From the NCBI GenBank assembly GCA_027050205.1, contig JALUCS010000101.1, positions 1 through 31,226 on the forward strand: a stretch of DNA of 31,226 nucleotides. Reading direction: 5' to 3'. This DNA comes from a candidate division WOR-3 bacterium (GTDB lineage: Bacteria > Hydrothermota > Hydrothermia > LBFQ01). This document shows, in pieces, positions 18,423-28,144 of the stretch (positions are counted from its first letter, which is position 1; every line of letters begins with the position of its first letter). The position numbers and the translations under genes were made by a program. A model generated the notes under the pieces. The model saw nothing but the letters and a program-made list of their open reading frames with translations. It was not told where the DNA came from and searched no databases.

Positions 18423-18472
18423 AGGGGAGGATTATACGACGGTAGGGGGTGCCTTTTACCATCGCATTGCGG

Positions 18473-20938
18473 TTATTTCCCCTCCACCCGACGCTTCAGC
18501 TCGTAGAGGACGTCAAGGGCGTCCCTTGGGGAAAGGGCATCCACGTCTATGCTCCTTATGAACTCCGCCAGCTCCTCCCCGCCCCCCGAAGCCTTCAGCA
18601 GGAACTCCCTCTCAAACCTCCTCTGCAGCTCCTCGGCCCTTCGTATGACCTCCTCCGGGAGACCGGCGAGTCGGGCGACGTATATGCCGTAGCTCCGGTC
18701 GGCGCTCCCCGGCACCACCTTGTATAAGAACACGACCTCGTCCTCTTCCTCCCTGACGGCGGCCTGCAGGTTGAAGGCGTTGGGATGCTCCGAGGCGAGA
18801 CGGGACAGCTCGTGGTAGTGGGTGGCGAAGAGGGTCTTCGCCCTTATCCGGTTGAGGATGTACTCCGACACCGCCCAGGCGATGGCCAGGCCATCGTGGG
18901 TGCTGGTCCCCCTCCCTATCTCGTCCAGGAGTACGAGGCTCCTTGAGGTGGCGTAGCGTAGGATGTTGGAGACCTCGTTCATCTCCGCCATAAAGGTGGA
19001 TACCCCCCTCGTGAGGTCGTCGGAGGCTCCTATGCGGGTGAATATCCGGTCTGTCAGGGGTATTCGGGCCTTCTTCGCCGGTACGTAGCTTCCGATGTGG
19101 GCCATCAGGACTATCAAACCTACCTGACGGAGATAGGTGGACTTTCCGCCCATGTTCGGGCCGGTTATGAGGGCGAAGAAGCGCCCTTCGGTTAGGTGGG
19201 TGTCGTTGGGTACGAAGGCAACGTCCATAAAGGCCTCAACCGTCGGGTGCCTCCCTTCCTCTATCTCAAGGGCGTAGCCGCCGTGTATCTCCGGCCTTAC
19301 GTACCCGTAATCGTGGGCGACGTCCGATAGGGCTAAGGCCAGATCCGTCTCTGCTATGAAACCTCCGAGTTGCTTTATCTCCCCGGCGTGCTTTACCACC
19401 TCCGATAAGAGGCCCCGGTAAAGCTCCCTCTCAAGGCCCACCGCCCTCTCCTTGGCGGAGAGTATCTTCATCTCCAACTCCTGAAGCTCGGCCGTCTTGT
19501 ACCTCTCGGAGTTCTTGAGGGACTGGATGGGTACGAAGTCCTCCGGCACCTTCCTCCTCTGGCTCCGTGGTACCTCGTAGTAGTACCCGAAGGCCGAAAC
19601 GAAACCCACCTTGAGGCTCTGTATCCCCGTCCTCCGCCTCTCCTTCTCCTCCAACTCCTTCAGGAGGCGGTCCCCCTCCTCCTGTATCCTCCGCAACTCG
19701 TCAAGGTTCTTATCCACCCCGTCCCTTATAACCCCACCGGAGGACAGGTCCGAAGGGGGTTCCTCCGTTAAGGTTTCCCTTATACGGGAGGCGAGGGCCT
19801 TGAGGGAGGAGATGCTTTCCTCCGGTATCCCCCTCAACCGTTCGGCTACGCTAACCGCCGCCTCAAGGGACAGGGCGAACCGTAGGAGGTTCCGGGGGGA
19901 GAGGCGGTAGGAGGAGGCGCGGGCGGTGTCCCTCTCCAAGTCCCGGACGTCGGAGAGTAGTTTCCCTACGTCCCGCGCGAGGAGGCGGTCGTTGAGGAAG
20001 GTCTCAACCCTCCTCTGGCGGTTCAGTATGTCCTCCAAGTTGCGGAAGGGGTGGGAGATTGAGAACCGCAGGAGCCTCTTTCCCATAGGGGTGCGGCACC
20101 TGTTGAGGAGGGAGTAAAGCGACCTCTCCCCGAAGAGGTCAAGGGTGTCCATAGTGCGGAAGTCAAGGGGTACGTACCTGCCCCTTAGGTACTCAACCGG
20201 CCTCTGTAGGTGGGCGAGGGCGGTGGGTCTCTTCTCCTTCAGGTAGGAGACGAGGGCGGCGAAGGCGCTCAATACGAGGGGCGGGAGGTCATAGGTTTCG
20301 CCGTAGACCTCCCTCAACATCTGCAGGCCTAACTCCGAGGAAAAGACCTCCCGGTCCCTCTCCGTTATCGCCTTAACCTCAACTGGGGGCCTCTTCCCCT
20401 TCGGGACTATCATCTCCCCCACCTCCAACCTCTCCAGCTCCTCCCTCACCTCCTCCTCCTTGCCGTAGATGTAGAGGACGTCCCCTGTAGATACGTCGGC
20501 CATGGCCACCCCGGCCTCGCCAAGGGCCGAGACGTAGGAGACGAGGTAGTTGTGGGTGTCCTCCGGCAGTATCCCCTCGGACAGGACGGTCCCCGGCGTT
20601 ATGACCTCGGTGACTACCCTCTTTAGGAGGGTCCTCCCCTCCTTCTCGTCCGTCTGCTCGCATATGGCCACCTTATAACCGGCCTTCAGGAGGCGGTTGA
20701 TGTAGGATTCGGCCGCCCTGACGGGTATCCCCGCCATCGGCACCCTGATCCCCTTTCCCATCGGGCGGCTCGTAAGGACGATGCCCAGGACCTTGGAGAC
20801 CGTCTCCGCATCCTCAAAGAAGGTCTCGTAGAAGTCCCCCAGGTGAAAGAGGAGGATCTCCTCCGGATGCTCCGCCTTTATCCTCTTGTACTGCTCAAGC
20901 AGTGGGGTGTCCTTCTTCTTCCCCTTCCCTCTGGCCAT
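18473..20938 (-). CDS. mutS: DNA mismatch repair protein MutS
   Basis: TPLLEQY, GDFYETF, GRHPTVE, TGPNMGGKSTYLRQ, STFMAEM, DEIGRGTST.DG, FATHYHEL, SYGI.VA.LAG. Confidence 0.97.
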   Translation of the reverse strand: MARGKGKKKDTPLLEQYKRIKAEHPEEILLFHLGDFYETFFEDAETVSKVLGIVLTSRPMGKGIRVPMAGIPVRAAESYINRLLKAGYKVAICEQTDEKEGRTLLKRVVTEVITPGTVLSEGILPEDTHNYLVSYVSALGEAGVAMADVSTGDVLYIYGKEEEVREELERLEVGEMIVPKGKRPPVEVKAITERDREVFSSELGLQMLREVYGETYDLPPLVLSAFAALVSYLKEKRPTALAHLQRPVEYLRGRYVPLDFRTMDTLDLFGERSLYSLLNRCRTPMGKRLLRFSISHPFRNLEDILNRQRRVETFLNDRLLARDVGKLLSDVRDLERDTARASSYRLSPRNLLRFALSLEAAVSVAERLRGIPEESISSLKALASRIRETLTEEPPSDLSSGGVIRDGVDKNLDELRRIQEEGDRLLKELEEKERRRTGIQSLKVGFVSAFGYYYEVPRSQRRKVPEDFVPIQSLKNSERYKTAELQELEMKILSAKERAVGLERELYRGLLSEVVKHAGEIKQLGGFIAETDLALALSDVAHDYGYVRPEIHGGYALEIEEGRHPTVEAFMDVAFVPNDTHLTEGRFFALITGPNMGGKSTYLRQVGLIVLMAHIGSYVPAKKARIPLTDRIFTRIGASDDLTRGVSTFMAEMNEVSNILRYATSRSLVLLDEIGRGTSTHDGLAIAWAVSEYILNRIRAKTLFATHYHELSRLASEHPNAFNLQAAVREEEDEVVFLYKVVPGSADRSYGIYVARLAGLPEEVIRRAEELQRRFEREFLLKASGGGEELAEFIRSIDVDALSPRDALDVLYELKRRVEGK

Positions 20939-20949
20939 AAGCCTCTCCG

Positions 20950-22353
20950 TCAGTGCGCCTCGGCGTCCAAATGTACCTCCGGATACTTTCTAAGCTCGGA
21001 ATACACCAACTCCTTCAGCTCCTCAAGCCTCTCCTTCGTCTTGGCCTCAAACCTCATCACCAAGACGCTCTGGGTATTGGACGCCCTGACGAGGGCGAAG
21101 CCGTCGGGGAACTCAATGCGGGCGCCGTCTATGTCTATCACGGGCAGACCCTTCGCCTTGAACTTCTCCACCAGCTCGGCCACTATCTTGAACTTCACCT
21201 CGTCGTTATCAACGGGGACCCTTATCTCCGGCGTGGAGATGTACTCCGGTATCTCTGCGAGGAGTTCGGGTAGGGACTTCTCCTCCTGCGAGAGCATCTC
21301 AAGGAAGCGGAGGGAGGCGTATATGGCGTCGTCGTGGCCGAAGAAACGGTACTTGAAGAAGATGTGTCCGGACATCTCACCGGCCAGGGGGGCGTCTATC
21401 TCCTTCATCTTGGCCTTTATCAGGGAGTGGCCGGTCTTCCACATCACCACCTTGGCGCCGAGCCTCTGGAGGTACTCCACCACCCCCTTGGAGCATTTGA
21501 CGTCAAGGATTATGGGGGCGCCCGGTATCTCCCTTAGGACGGGGCGGGCGAGTAGGGCCAGTATCTTGTCGGCGAACACGAGCTTCCCGTCGGGTCCAAC
21601 GAGGCCGAAGCGGTCGGCGTCCCCGTCAAAGCCGAAGCCCATGTCCAACCCCTTCTCTACGACGAGGCGGGATAGGGCCTCCATGTACTTGGGTACGGTC
21701 GGGTCAGGTATGTGGTTGGGGAAGGTCCCGTCCGGCTCCATATACAGCCCCTCGTACCTTATCCCCTTCTTCGGATAGAGCCTCTCCACCGTCGGCCCTG
21801 CTACGCCGTTCCCAGCATCTACGCCCACGTAGAAGTCCTTGGTTATCTCTACGTTCTTCCTCACCCAGCCAACGTAGTCGCCGAGGGCGTCGTAAGGGGA
21901 GACCTTACCGTTGGGGTAGGGGTACTTGGGGGAGAGGTGGGGGTCGGAGAATACGGCGTAGAGCCTCTGGATGTCGTCCCCGTAGAAGGGGTCTCCGCCT
22001 AAGACTATCTTAAAGCCGTTGAACTCCGGGGGGTTATGGCTGGCCGTTATCTGGACGCCGGCGTGGACGTTGAGGGTCTTGGCGGCGAAGTACATCACCG
22101 GGGTGGGTACGGTACCTATATCTACGATGGTCATCCCCATATGGGTAAGGCCCCTTACGAAGGAGTCCTTTATGGCCGGGGTGTGGGTGCGCACATCTCC
22201 ACCGACCACAACGGTGTTGGCCCCCATATCCTCTAAGATCTTACCGAAGGCTACGGCGAGCCTGTAAGCGAAACCCTCGTTTATCTCCTCCGGATACACG
22301 CCCCTTATGTCGTACTTCCTGAAGACGTGCTTCAACTCCTTAAAGTCCCTCAT
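20950..22353 (-). CDS. Phosphomannomutase/phosphoglucomutase
   Basis: FRKYDIRG, ITASHNP, FDGDADR, GEMSGH, RASNTQ. Start moved to ATG 22353, 7 nt after TAGAAT. Confidence 0.95.
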   Translation of the reverse strand: MRDFKELKHVFRKYDIRGVYPEEINEGFAYRLAVAFGKILEDMGANTVVVGGDVRTHTPAIKDSFVRGLTHMGMTIVDIGTVPTPVMYFAAKTLNVHAGVQITASHNPPEFNGFKIVLGGDPFYGDDIQRLYAVFSDPHLSPKYPYPNGKVSPYDALGDYVGWVRKNVEITKDFYVGVDAGNGVAGPTVERLYPKKGIRYEGLYMEPDGTFPNHIPDPTVPKYMEALSRLVVEKGLDMGFGFDGDADRFGLVGPDGKLVFADKILALLARPVLREIPGAPIILDVKCSKGVVEYLQRLGAKVVMWKTGHSLIKAKMKEIDAPLAGEMSGHIFFKYRFFGHDDAIYASLRFLEMLSQEEKSLPELLAEIPEYISTPEIRVPVDNDEVKFKIVAELVEKFKAKGLPVIDIDGARIEFPDGFALVRASNTQSVLVMRFEAKTKERLEELKELVYSELRKYPEVHLDAEAH

Positions 22354-22541
22354 GGGAGGTATTCTAAGAGCGGACGGGAAAGTAGGGGGAGGAGAAGTCA
22401 TCCTGCCATAGCGTAGGGTGGAGTTCCATCCCTGCCAAAGAATTCCGAGGGGACGTTTGCACGGCACCGATAGACCTCCGCCCTCGCCGATATAAAGTGA
22501 GAGATAGATATAAGACCGACATGCTTCGTAAAGTAAGCACA

Positions 22542-22571
22542 TTTACAAAATCTTTATTTCACCCTTAGAAT
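22542..22571 (+). promoter_or_regulatory. Sigma70-type promoter of the 22580 gene
   Basis: TTTACA-18 nt-TAGAAT-8 nt-ATG. Confidence 0.65.
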
Positions 22572-22579
22572 ATAACCTT

Positions 22580-23224
22580 ATGCTTCTTTTGATCTATCTT
22601 CTTTCACAGTTTGACGAGAGCAAGCAGGCGGACAGCATAGTGAGGTCGTGGGGAGTGGTGGAGTTCCACTATCACGGCTGGGACGTCAAGAACTTTGACA
22701 CCTTGCCTGTTAGCGACAGCATCCCCGTACCCGATGGGGAGTACAGAGTGATAGACGACTACGGCCCCCTACACGTCAAAGGCAAGTGGGAGTACTACAG
22801 GAGGGATTGGAAGACTATGGAGTTTAAGCCTCTTCTCGGATCTATCCTTAGAGGCTATCCCCTTGACCTCCTTGACTGGGGGAGATACTTCGTGTTCTAT
22901 ATCAGGGGGAAGGGAAAGTATAGAATATCCGCTGAGATCGTATATAAAGGTTTATGTAGAGGTTTTGTATTGCGAAATCAGGTGTTTGATACATCGTGGA
23001 GAGAGATACGAATAGACCTTGATACCCTAAAAGAGGTGTTTGATGTCTATAATCCTCCTGGATGGATATGGGATGATGGGAATTCTCCAGCCTGTTGGGC
23101 ATGGGGGAAGGATGATAAGGAGAGTGGTTTTGTCCCCCTAAGATGGGCAATCATCCCCCTCGCCGATACCTTCGGCACCTACGAGTACGAGATAGAGCTA
23201 AGTCCGATATACCTCGTGAGGTAA
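22580..23224 (+). CDS. Hypothetical secreted protein, possible CIA30/CBM11-like beta-sandwich
   Basis: Own promoter; MLLLIYLLSQ leader; FYIRGKGKY...WREIRIDL...EIELSPIYL; lower GC than the flanking genes. Confidence 0.65.
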   Translation: MLLLIYLLSQFDESKQADSIVRSWGVVEFHYHGWDVKNFDTLPVSDSIPVPDGEYRVIDDYGPLHVKGKWEYYRRDWKTMEFKPLLGSILRGYPLDLLDWGRYFVFYIRGKGKYRISAEIVYKGLCRGFVLRNQVFDTSWREIRIDLDTLKEVFDVYNPPGWIWDDGNSPACWAWGKDDKESGFVPLRWAIIPLADTFGTYEYEIELSPIYLVR

Positions 23225-23229
23225 AAATG

Positions 23230-23259
23230 CTTACAAAATTCCAGATTCTACCTTAAAAT
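23230..23259 (+). promoter_or_regulatory. Sigma70-type promoter of the 23268 gene, duplicate of 22542-22571
   Basis: CTTACA-18 nt-TAAAAT-8 nt-ATG. Confidence 0.65.
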
Positions 23260-23267
23260 ATGAACTT

Positions 23268-23903
23268 ATGCTTCTATGCTTTCTATCGCAAACTGTAGAG
23301 TTAGAAGGCCACTGGTGGGCTGCCCTGCCTCTAAAGAGGGACACTTTGATACTTCCAGATGACAGCGTACCCAGGGAGGAGGATGCCGAGGTCGTAATCA
23401 AGGCCTACCAGAAATTCTACTTCGCCTATCCCAAGCACAGGTCCTACTCCGGTGCTACGCTTAGTGCCGGCTACATAGCCGTTAAAACGAGCGAGAAGGA
23501 GAGGATAGAAAAGTACAGGGCCAAAGGCTACAGACTCCTGCAAAGGGGAAGGATGGATACTATCTCCTATGAGGTCTACTACTATCCGATACCCAAGATT
23601 GATAGCCTCATCGTCTATGTCAGGAGCAAGGAGAAGTACTGTAGCCTCATTATGAGTGCAGATATACGCATGGTTGATGATACCGGAGGGGTTATTGAGG
23701 GTCAGGGGTGGAAAGTCGTCAAAGTTGTGGTAAAAGAGCCTAATAGATGGCGTAGAGGTACGATATACCTACCCGGCATTCTCGGACCCATCACATCCCT
23801 GTCGTTTATTCATACCTACGGCCTAACGTTCTCCATCGGCCCCGACAGAGGTTCCACGGACTCCTGTGCTACGTTTGAGGTAGGACCGATATATCTCAAG
23901 TAG
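23268..23903 (+). CDS. Hypothetical secreted protein, distant paralog of 22580-23224
   Basis: Duplicated promoter; MLLCFLSQ leader; VYVRSKEKY...WRRGTIYL...FEVGPIYLK. Confidence 0.65.
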   Translation: MLLCFLSQTVELEGHWWAALPLKRDTLILPDDSVPREEDAEVVIKAYQKFYFAYPKHRSYSGATLSAGYIAVKTSEKERIEKYRAKGYRLLQRGRMDTISYEVYYYPIPKIDSLIVYVRSKEKYCSLIMSADIRMVDDTGGVIEGQGWKVVKVVVKEPNRWRRGTIYLPGILGPITSLSFIHTYGLTFSIGPDRGSTDSCATFEVGPIYLK

Positions 23904-23922
23904 GGCCATCGTACGGTGTCCT

Positions 23923-24906
23923 TTATCCGAAGTAGGGTAGGGCGGCGAAGTACTCTTCGGCGGGTACGGTCTTCAACCTCCCCACGGCCTCCCTTATGGG
24001 TAGCCCCCTCTCAACGTAGCCGTTGTAGGCTGTCATACATCCGAAACGCCCCTCCTCAAGGAGGACGAAGGCGAAGTGTCCCATCTCGTGGGCCATCAAG
24101 CGGTCGTAAGCCGTGGGTGTTCCACCTCTAAGTACGTATCCGATTTCAACGAAACGGGTCTCTATCTCCAGCTCCCTCGCGAGGTACCTCTGGAGGTATA
24201 TACCCACGTTATGCTCCCTCTGGCGGGCGTACCTGACCCCCTCGGCAACGGCCACTATGCTGAAGTTCTTCCCCATCCTCTTTCGCCTCATAACGTACTC
24301 CGCTATTTTCTCCTCGCTCATAGGAAACTCCGGTATCACCATCACGTCCGCCCCGGCGGCCATGCCGGCGTAGAGGGTTATCCACCCGGTGTGCCTACCC
24401 ATCAGCTGTACGACGAAAACCCTCCTGTGGGACTCCGCCGTGGTGTGCAGGCGGTCTATCAGGGCAGTTGCAACCTCAACCGCCGTGTTGAAGCCTATGC
24501 TCTCCGTCCCCCATATATCGTTGTCTATGGTCTTGGGGATGAAGATGACCTTCCCCCACATCTCCTGAAAGGCATGGGCTATGTGGATGGAACCGTTCCC
24601 ACCGATGACTACGAGGGCATCCAACTCGTCCAAGTTGGCTAAAGCTCTCCGTACGTCCCGCTCCGACTTCAGGGGGTTGAACCTTGATGTACCGAGGATG
24701 GTACCGCCCTGCGGGAGGATGCCGCTGACGTCCCTCGCCTTCAGTATCCTGTACCTCCCTTCCACTACCCCCTCCCATCCGTCGCTGAAACCCCAGACCT
24801 CCACCCCCTTCCGGAGGGCGAGCTTTACGAAGGCCCTTATGGCGGCGTTGAGGCCGGGACAGTCCCCTCCGGAGGTCAATATCCCCACCCTTCTAACTCG
24901 TTTCAT
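23923..24906 (-). CDS. pfkA: 6-phosphofructokinase (PfkA family, probably ATP-dependent)
   Basis: TSGGDCPGLNAAIR, GGTILGTSR, GGNGS, PKTIDND, MGRH.GW, RGG.PT..DR. Confidence 0.93.
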   Translation of the reverse strand: MKRVRRVGILTSGGDCPGLNAAIRAFVKLALRKGVEVWGFSDGWEGVVEGRYRILKARDVSGILPQGGTILGTSRFNPLKSERDVRRALANLDELDALVVIGGNGSIHIAHAFQEMWGKVIFIPKTIDNDIWGTESIGFNTAVEVATALIDRLHTTAESHRRVFVVQLMGRHTGWITLYAGMAAGADVMVIPEFPMSEEKIAEYVMRRKRMGKNFSIVAVAEGVRYARQREHNVGIYLQRYLARELEIETRFVEIGYVLRGGTPTAYDRLMAHEMGHFAFVLLEEGRFGCMTAYNGYVERGLPIREAVGRLKTVPAEEYFAALPYFG

Positions 24907-24929
24907 AGGATGGGAATTCTAAGGGGTGG

Positions 24930-26057
24930 CTACCAGTTAAGGGTCTTTAGGAGCCTCTCGTACCTAACGAGGGCCTCCTTAGGCTCCATGTATCCCTTCA
25001 GCACCGGCTCCATAACTTCGGTGGCGAAGTACCTCCTCGCCCTCATCCAGAGGGAGGACCTCGGCTCGTACGTTGCCCTGTCTATCTGCCTGAAGACCTC
25101 CTTCAGGTCGTCCTCCGCGAGGTCTAAGGACGTTATCGGGGCGTACCCGGTGTGGGTGGTCCAGTACCTCTGTATGCTGTCCGAGAGGAAGAGGGCGACG
25201 AACCTCCTCACCTCGTCGTACTCCTCCTTGGAGTGGCCGACGAAGATGCTCAAGTTGGTGCCAGAGATGACGACGGAGTCGTACCTATCCACCGGTATGG
25301 GGGCGGCCATCATCCGGAACTTCACCTTTGGCCTCATAAAGACGTAGGAGACGGACGTCGCCCATATCATGAGTACCCTCCGGGAGGCGAAGTCGTCCTG
25401 ATGGGAGTATCCGGAGCCGAGGTAGGCGCAGGAGTCCTTGAGGACTATGTCCCGGAGGAAGGTCAGGGCGGCCACCCCCTCCGGGGAGTTGAAGTTGAGG
25501 CCCTTTCCCCCCTTCTGCTTGAAGATGGTGTAGAAGATCCAAGGGTCTATGGTGAAGGCGAAACCCCACACCCCTTTACGCTTGGCGGCGATGCAAACCC
25601 TCCTTAGGTCATCCCAGGTCTTTGGGGGTTTCAGGCCAAGGGAGTCCATGAGGTCGGCGTTGTAGAAGAGGACGGGGACGCTCTTGTTGAAGGGTACGGC
25701 TATATACACGCCGGAGGTCTCAACCTCGGCGAGGAGACGGGGGTGGATCCTCTTCAGGAGGGAGTCGGGTACGACCTTTCGGGCATCAAGTAAGAGGCCC
25801 TTGTCGTAGAACTCAAGGGACCAGGAGGGGAAGGCCTGGGACACCAGAGGCATCTTCTTGGACATAGCAGCGGATACGAGCCTCTGGGCGAGGGTATTGT
25901 AGCTCCCGAAGCTCACCTCCCTAAGGCGGGTCTTGGAGACTACGTATGTGAAGGCGTCCCCCAGAGGCCCTCCCATGGCGTGCCATATCTGGTAGGACGT
26001 GTCCCCCCTTGAGCATGAGAGGAGGAGGAACGGAAAAACGATACCAATACGCCACAT
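24930..26057 (-). CDS. ABC transporter solute-binding lipoprotein (UgpB/sugar type)
   Basis: Lipobox LLSC, WHAM.G..G, PFNKS..VLFYN.DL, PKTWDDL, W...TGY.P. Confidence 0.85.
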   Translation of the reverse strand: MWRIGIVFPFLLLSCSRGDTSYQIWHAMGGPLGDAFTYVVSKTRLREVSFGSYNTLAQRLVSAAMSKKMPLVSQAFPSWSLEFYDKGLLLDARKVVPDSLLKRIHPRLLAEVETSGVYIAVPFNKSVPVLFYNADLMDSLGLKPPKTWDDLRRVCIAAKRKGVWGFAFTIDPWIFYTIFKQKGGKGLNFNSPEGVAALTFLRDIVLKDSCAYLGSGYSHQDDFASRRVLMIWATSVSYVFMRPKVKFRMMAAPIPVDRYDSVVISGTNLSIFVGHSKEEYDEVRRFVALFLSDSIQRYWTTHTGYAPITSLDLAEDDLKEVFRQIDRATYEPRSSLWMRARRYFATEVMEPVLKGYMEPKEALVRYERLLKTLNW

Positions 26058-26100
26058 ATACCCGGAAGGTTATTCTAAGGTTAGCCTACGAACGTACGGA

Positions 26101-26958
26101 CTACGCCTCCCCGTTGTGGTTGTGGTTCCGTACCCCGTGATACGTGGGGATGAACTCCACGGAGGGACGACGGAGACTTCCTACCTCCGCCCTGTAAAGT
26201 TCCATAAGCTCGTAGACCTCCTTGGGTACGTCCGTACTGACGTTTATGCCCATAGCCCGAAGGTCGTCCACAGTGAGGGGGTAATCGTGGGTCCACTTGC
26301 CCGTCGTCAGGTCTCTGGCGACGCTCCGGGCCTTCTCCTCCGGCATCTTGTCCTTCAGGAGGGAGAAGACGAAGTTCTCCATCTGCCTTAGGGCCTTCCG
26401 GGAGACGTCCGCGAGTATTAAAGTTTGGTCATCCACCTTATCTACGGGCTTCTGCGCCAAGACCTTTACGACGGAGGCGGCGGGTACGACGGAGCCACCC
26501 ATACCGAGCTGGGGGTCTACGGGGCCGAGGACGGCGTCGGGGTTCATGATTATCTCGTCGGCGGCGAGGGCTATCAGGGTACCCCCGGACATAGCGTAGT
26601 GGGGGACTATTACGGTGGTCTTGGCTCTGTGCCTCTTTATGGCGCGGGCTATCTGACCGGCGGCGAGGACCAGGCCTCCGGGGGTGTGGATTATCAGATC
26701 TATGGGGACGTCGTCGTCCGTCATATGTATGGCCCTAAGTATGGCCTCGGAGTCGTCTATGTCTATGAAGCGGGAGATGGGCAGGCCAAAGAACCCCACG
26801 GTCTCCTGACGGTGTATGAGGGTAATGACCCGGCTGCCCCGCTTCCTCTCTATCTCCCGTATCTTGGAGTATCGGGCGTTCTGGAGCATCTTCCTCTGGA
26901 TGACCGGCTGCAGGGACATCAGGAAGATGAGAAGGAAAAGTAGGTCCAAACCTCCCAT
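26101..26958 (-). CDS. SDH-family Clp-fold serine protease
   Basis: IHRQE, HTPGGLVLAA.QIA, YAMSGGTLIALAAD, LGPVDPQ, WTHDYP. Start at ATG 26958, 6 nt after TATAAT. Confidence 0.9.
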   Translation of the reverse strand: MGGLDLLFLLIFLMSLQPVIQRKMLQNARYSKIREIERKRGSRVITLIHRQETVGFFGLPISRFIDIDDSEAILRAIHMTDDDVPIDLIIHTPGGLVLAAGQIARAIKRHRAKTTVIVPHYAMSGGTLIALAADEIIMNPDAVLGPVDPQLGMGGSVVPAASVVKVLAQKPVDKVDDQTLILADVSRKALRQMENFVFSLLKDKMPEEKARSVARDLTTGKWTHDYPLTVDDLRAMGINVSTDVPKEVYELMELYRAEVGSLRRPSVEFIPTYHGVRNHNHNGEA

Positions 26959-26964
26959 ACGGGA

Positions 26965-27046
26965 ATTATACGCTTGCACTTAGGATTCACCCCTCCAACG
27001 GACGCCGTATCCGTATGATATGCTGGCCACCGGTACGGATTAGAAT
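26965..27046. promoter_or_regulatory. Divergent -10 boxes for the SDH protease and GT4 genes
   Basis: TATAAT (minus, 26965-26970) and TAGAAT (plus, 27041-27046), each 6 nt from its start codon. Confidence 0.65.
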
Positions 27047-27052
27047 CTACCC

Positions 27053-28144
27053 TTGAGGTTTGCCTTCGTGATGCCCTACTACCTCCCCGACGGGATAACG
27101 GGGGGAGCAGAGAAGCAGGCCTACCTTCTCGCTAAGGAACTGGCGAAGAGGGGCCATCCCGTACTCTTCCTCTGTCTCAACCCCAAGGGTAGGGAGGAAG
27201 TGAGCGAGAGGGAGGGGGTGCTGGTGGTTAGACGGTTGAGACGGATGGGGAAACTGCAGTTCTTAGACTACCCGCTCATCTTGAGGGAACTGCTCCGATG
27301 GAGGCCCGACGTCGTTATCAGCCGTATGAGGTTCTACTACCTTCCCAACGCCCTCTACGCCCTGGCCAAGGGGAAGGTGTCCGTCGCCTTCGTGCCGGAG
27401 AACTTCCTAACCCAACCCTTCCCAGAGTTCAGGAGGACCCTAAGGCTCGTACGCCCATCCCTAAAGGCTCCCCTCTACCTCGCCCACGCCCTCGCTCTGG
27501 ACATCTTCTCCCAGGTCGGCCTCCTCCTCTCAAAGCTCGTAATCGTACAGAACGACGTACAGATGGCCAACCTAAGGCGTTTCTTCCTCCGTTCCTCCGT
27601 AAAGTTGCCGTCCATATTCGTCCCCCCCGATACTATGGCAGAGAAAGGGGAAGAGCCGCTCATCGTGTGGGTGGGGAACGCGAGGGAGGAAAAGGCCCCG
27701 GAAGTGTTCGTATCCCTCGCCGAGAAGCTCCCGGAGTACCGCTTCGTTATGGTGGGTAGGAGGACGGAGAGGTTCAACGGTGCGCTCCCCAACCTCCAGG
27801 CCACAGGGGAACTGCCGCACGTGGAGGCCCTAAGGTGGATAGGGAGAGCCTGGGTCCTGGTCAATACCTCCTACGAGGAGGGTTTCCCCAACGTCTTCCT
27901 TGAGGCGTGGTACCTGAAGACCCTCGTCCTAACCCTCTGGGCAGACCCCGACAACCTCGTAGCCTCTGGCCTCGGCATCAAGGTCGGTAGTGTAGAGGAG
28001 GCCGCCTCTGCATTGAGGGAGGTCTTGAAGGACAGGAAAACGATGGAGGAGATAACGGAGAAAGCCCACCGCTACGTCATAGAAACCCACACTCCGGAGG
28101 TGGTGGTTCCCCGCTTCCTTAAACTCCTACACCACCTTACGTAG
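27053..28144 (+). CDS. Glycosyltransferase family 4
   Basis: GGAEKQ, WVGN....K.P, NTS..EGFPNVFLEAW (E-x7-E); TTG start 6 nt after TAGAAT. Confidence 0.88.
   Translation: MRFAFVMPYYLPDGITGGAEKQAYLLAKELAKRGHPVLFLCLNPKGREEVSEREGVLVVRRLRRMGKLQFLDYPLILRELLRWRPDVVISRMRFYYLPNALYALAKGKVSVAFVPENFLTQPFPEFRRTLRLVRPSLKAPLYLAHALALDIFSQVGLLLSKLVIVQNDVQMANLRRFFLRSSVKLPSIFVPPDTMAEKGEEPLIVWVGNAREEKAPEVFVSLAEKLPEYRFVMVGRRTERFNGALPNLQATGELPHVEALRWIGRAWVLVNTSYEEGFPNVFLEAWYLKTLVLTLWADPDNLVASGLGIKVGSVEEAASALREVLKDRKTMEEITEKAHRYVIETHTPEVVVPRFLKLLHHLT

Noticed and set aside
22405..22432. GCCATAGCGTAGGG...GTTCCATCCC, reminiscent of the 5' part of 5S rRNA
   Set aside because: Lacks CCGAAC, the rest of the molecule and the terminal stem; probably chance.
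27009..27040. 7-bp inverted repeat ATCCGTA/TACGGAT in the divergent promoter region
   Set aside because: Short, single occurrence, compatible with chance.
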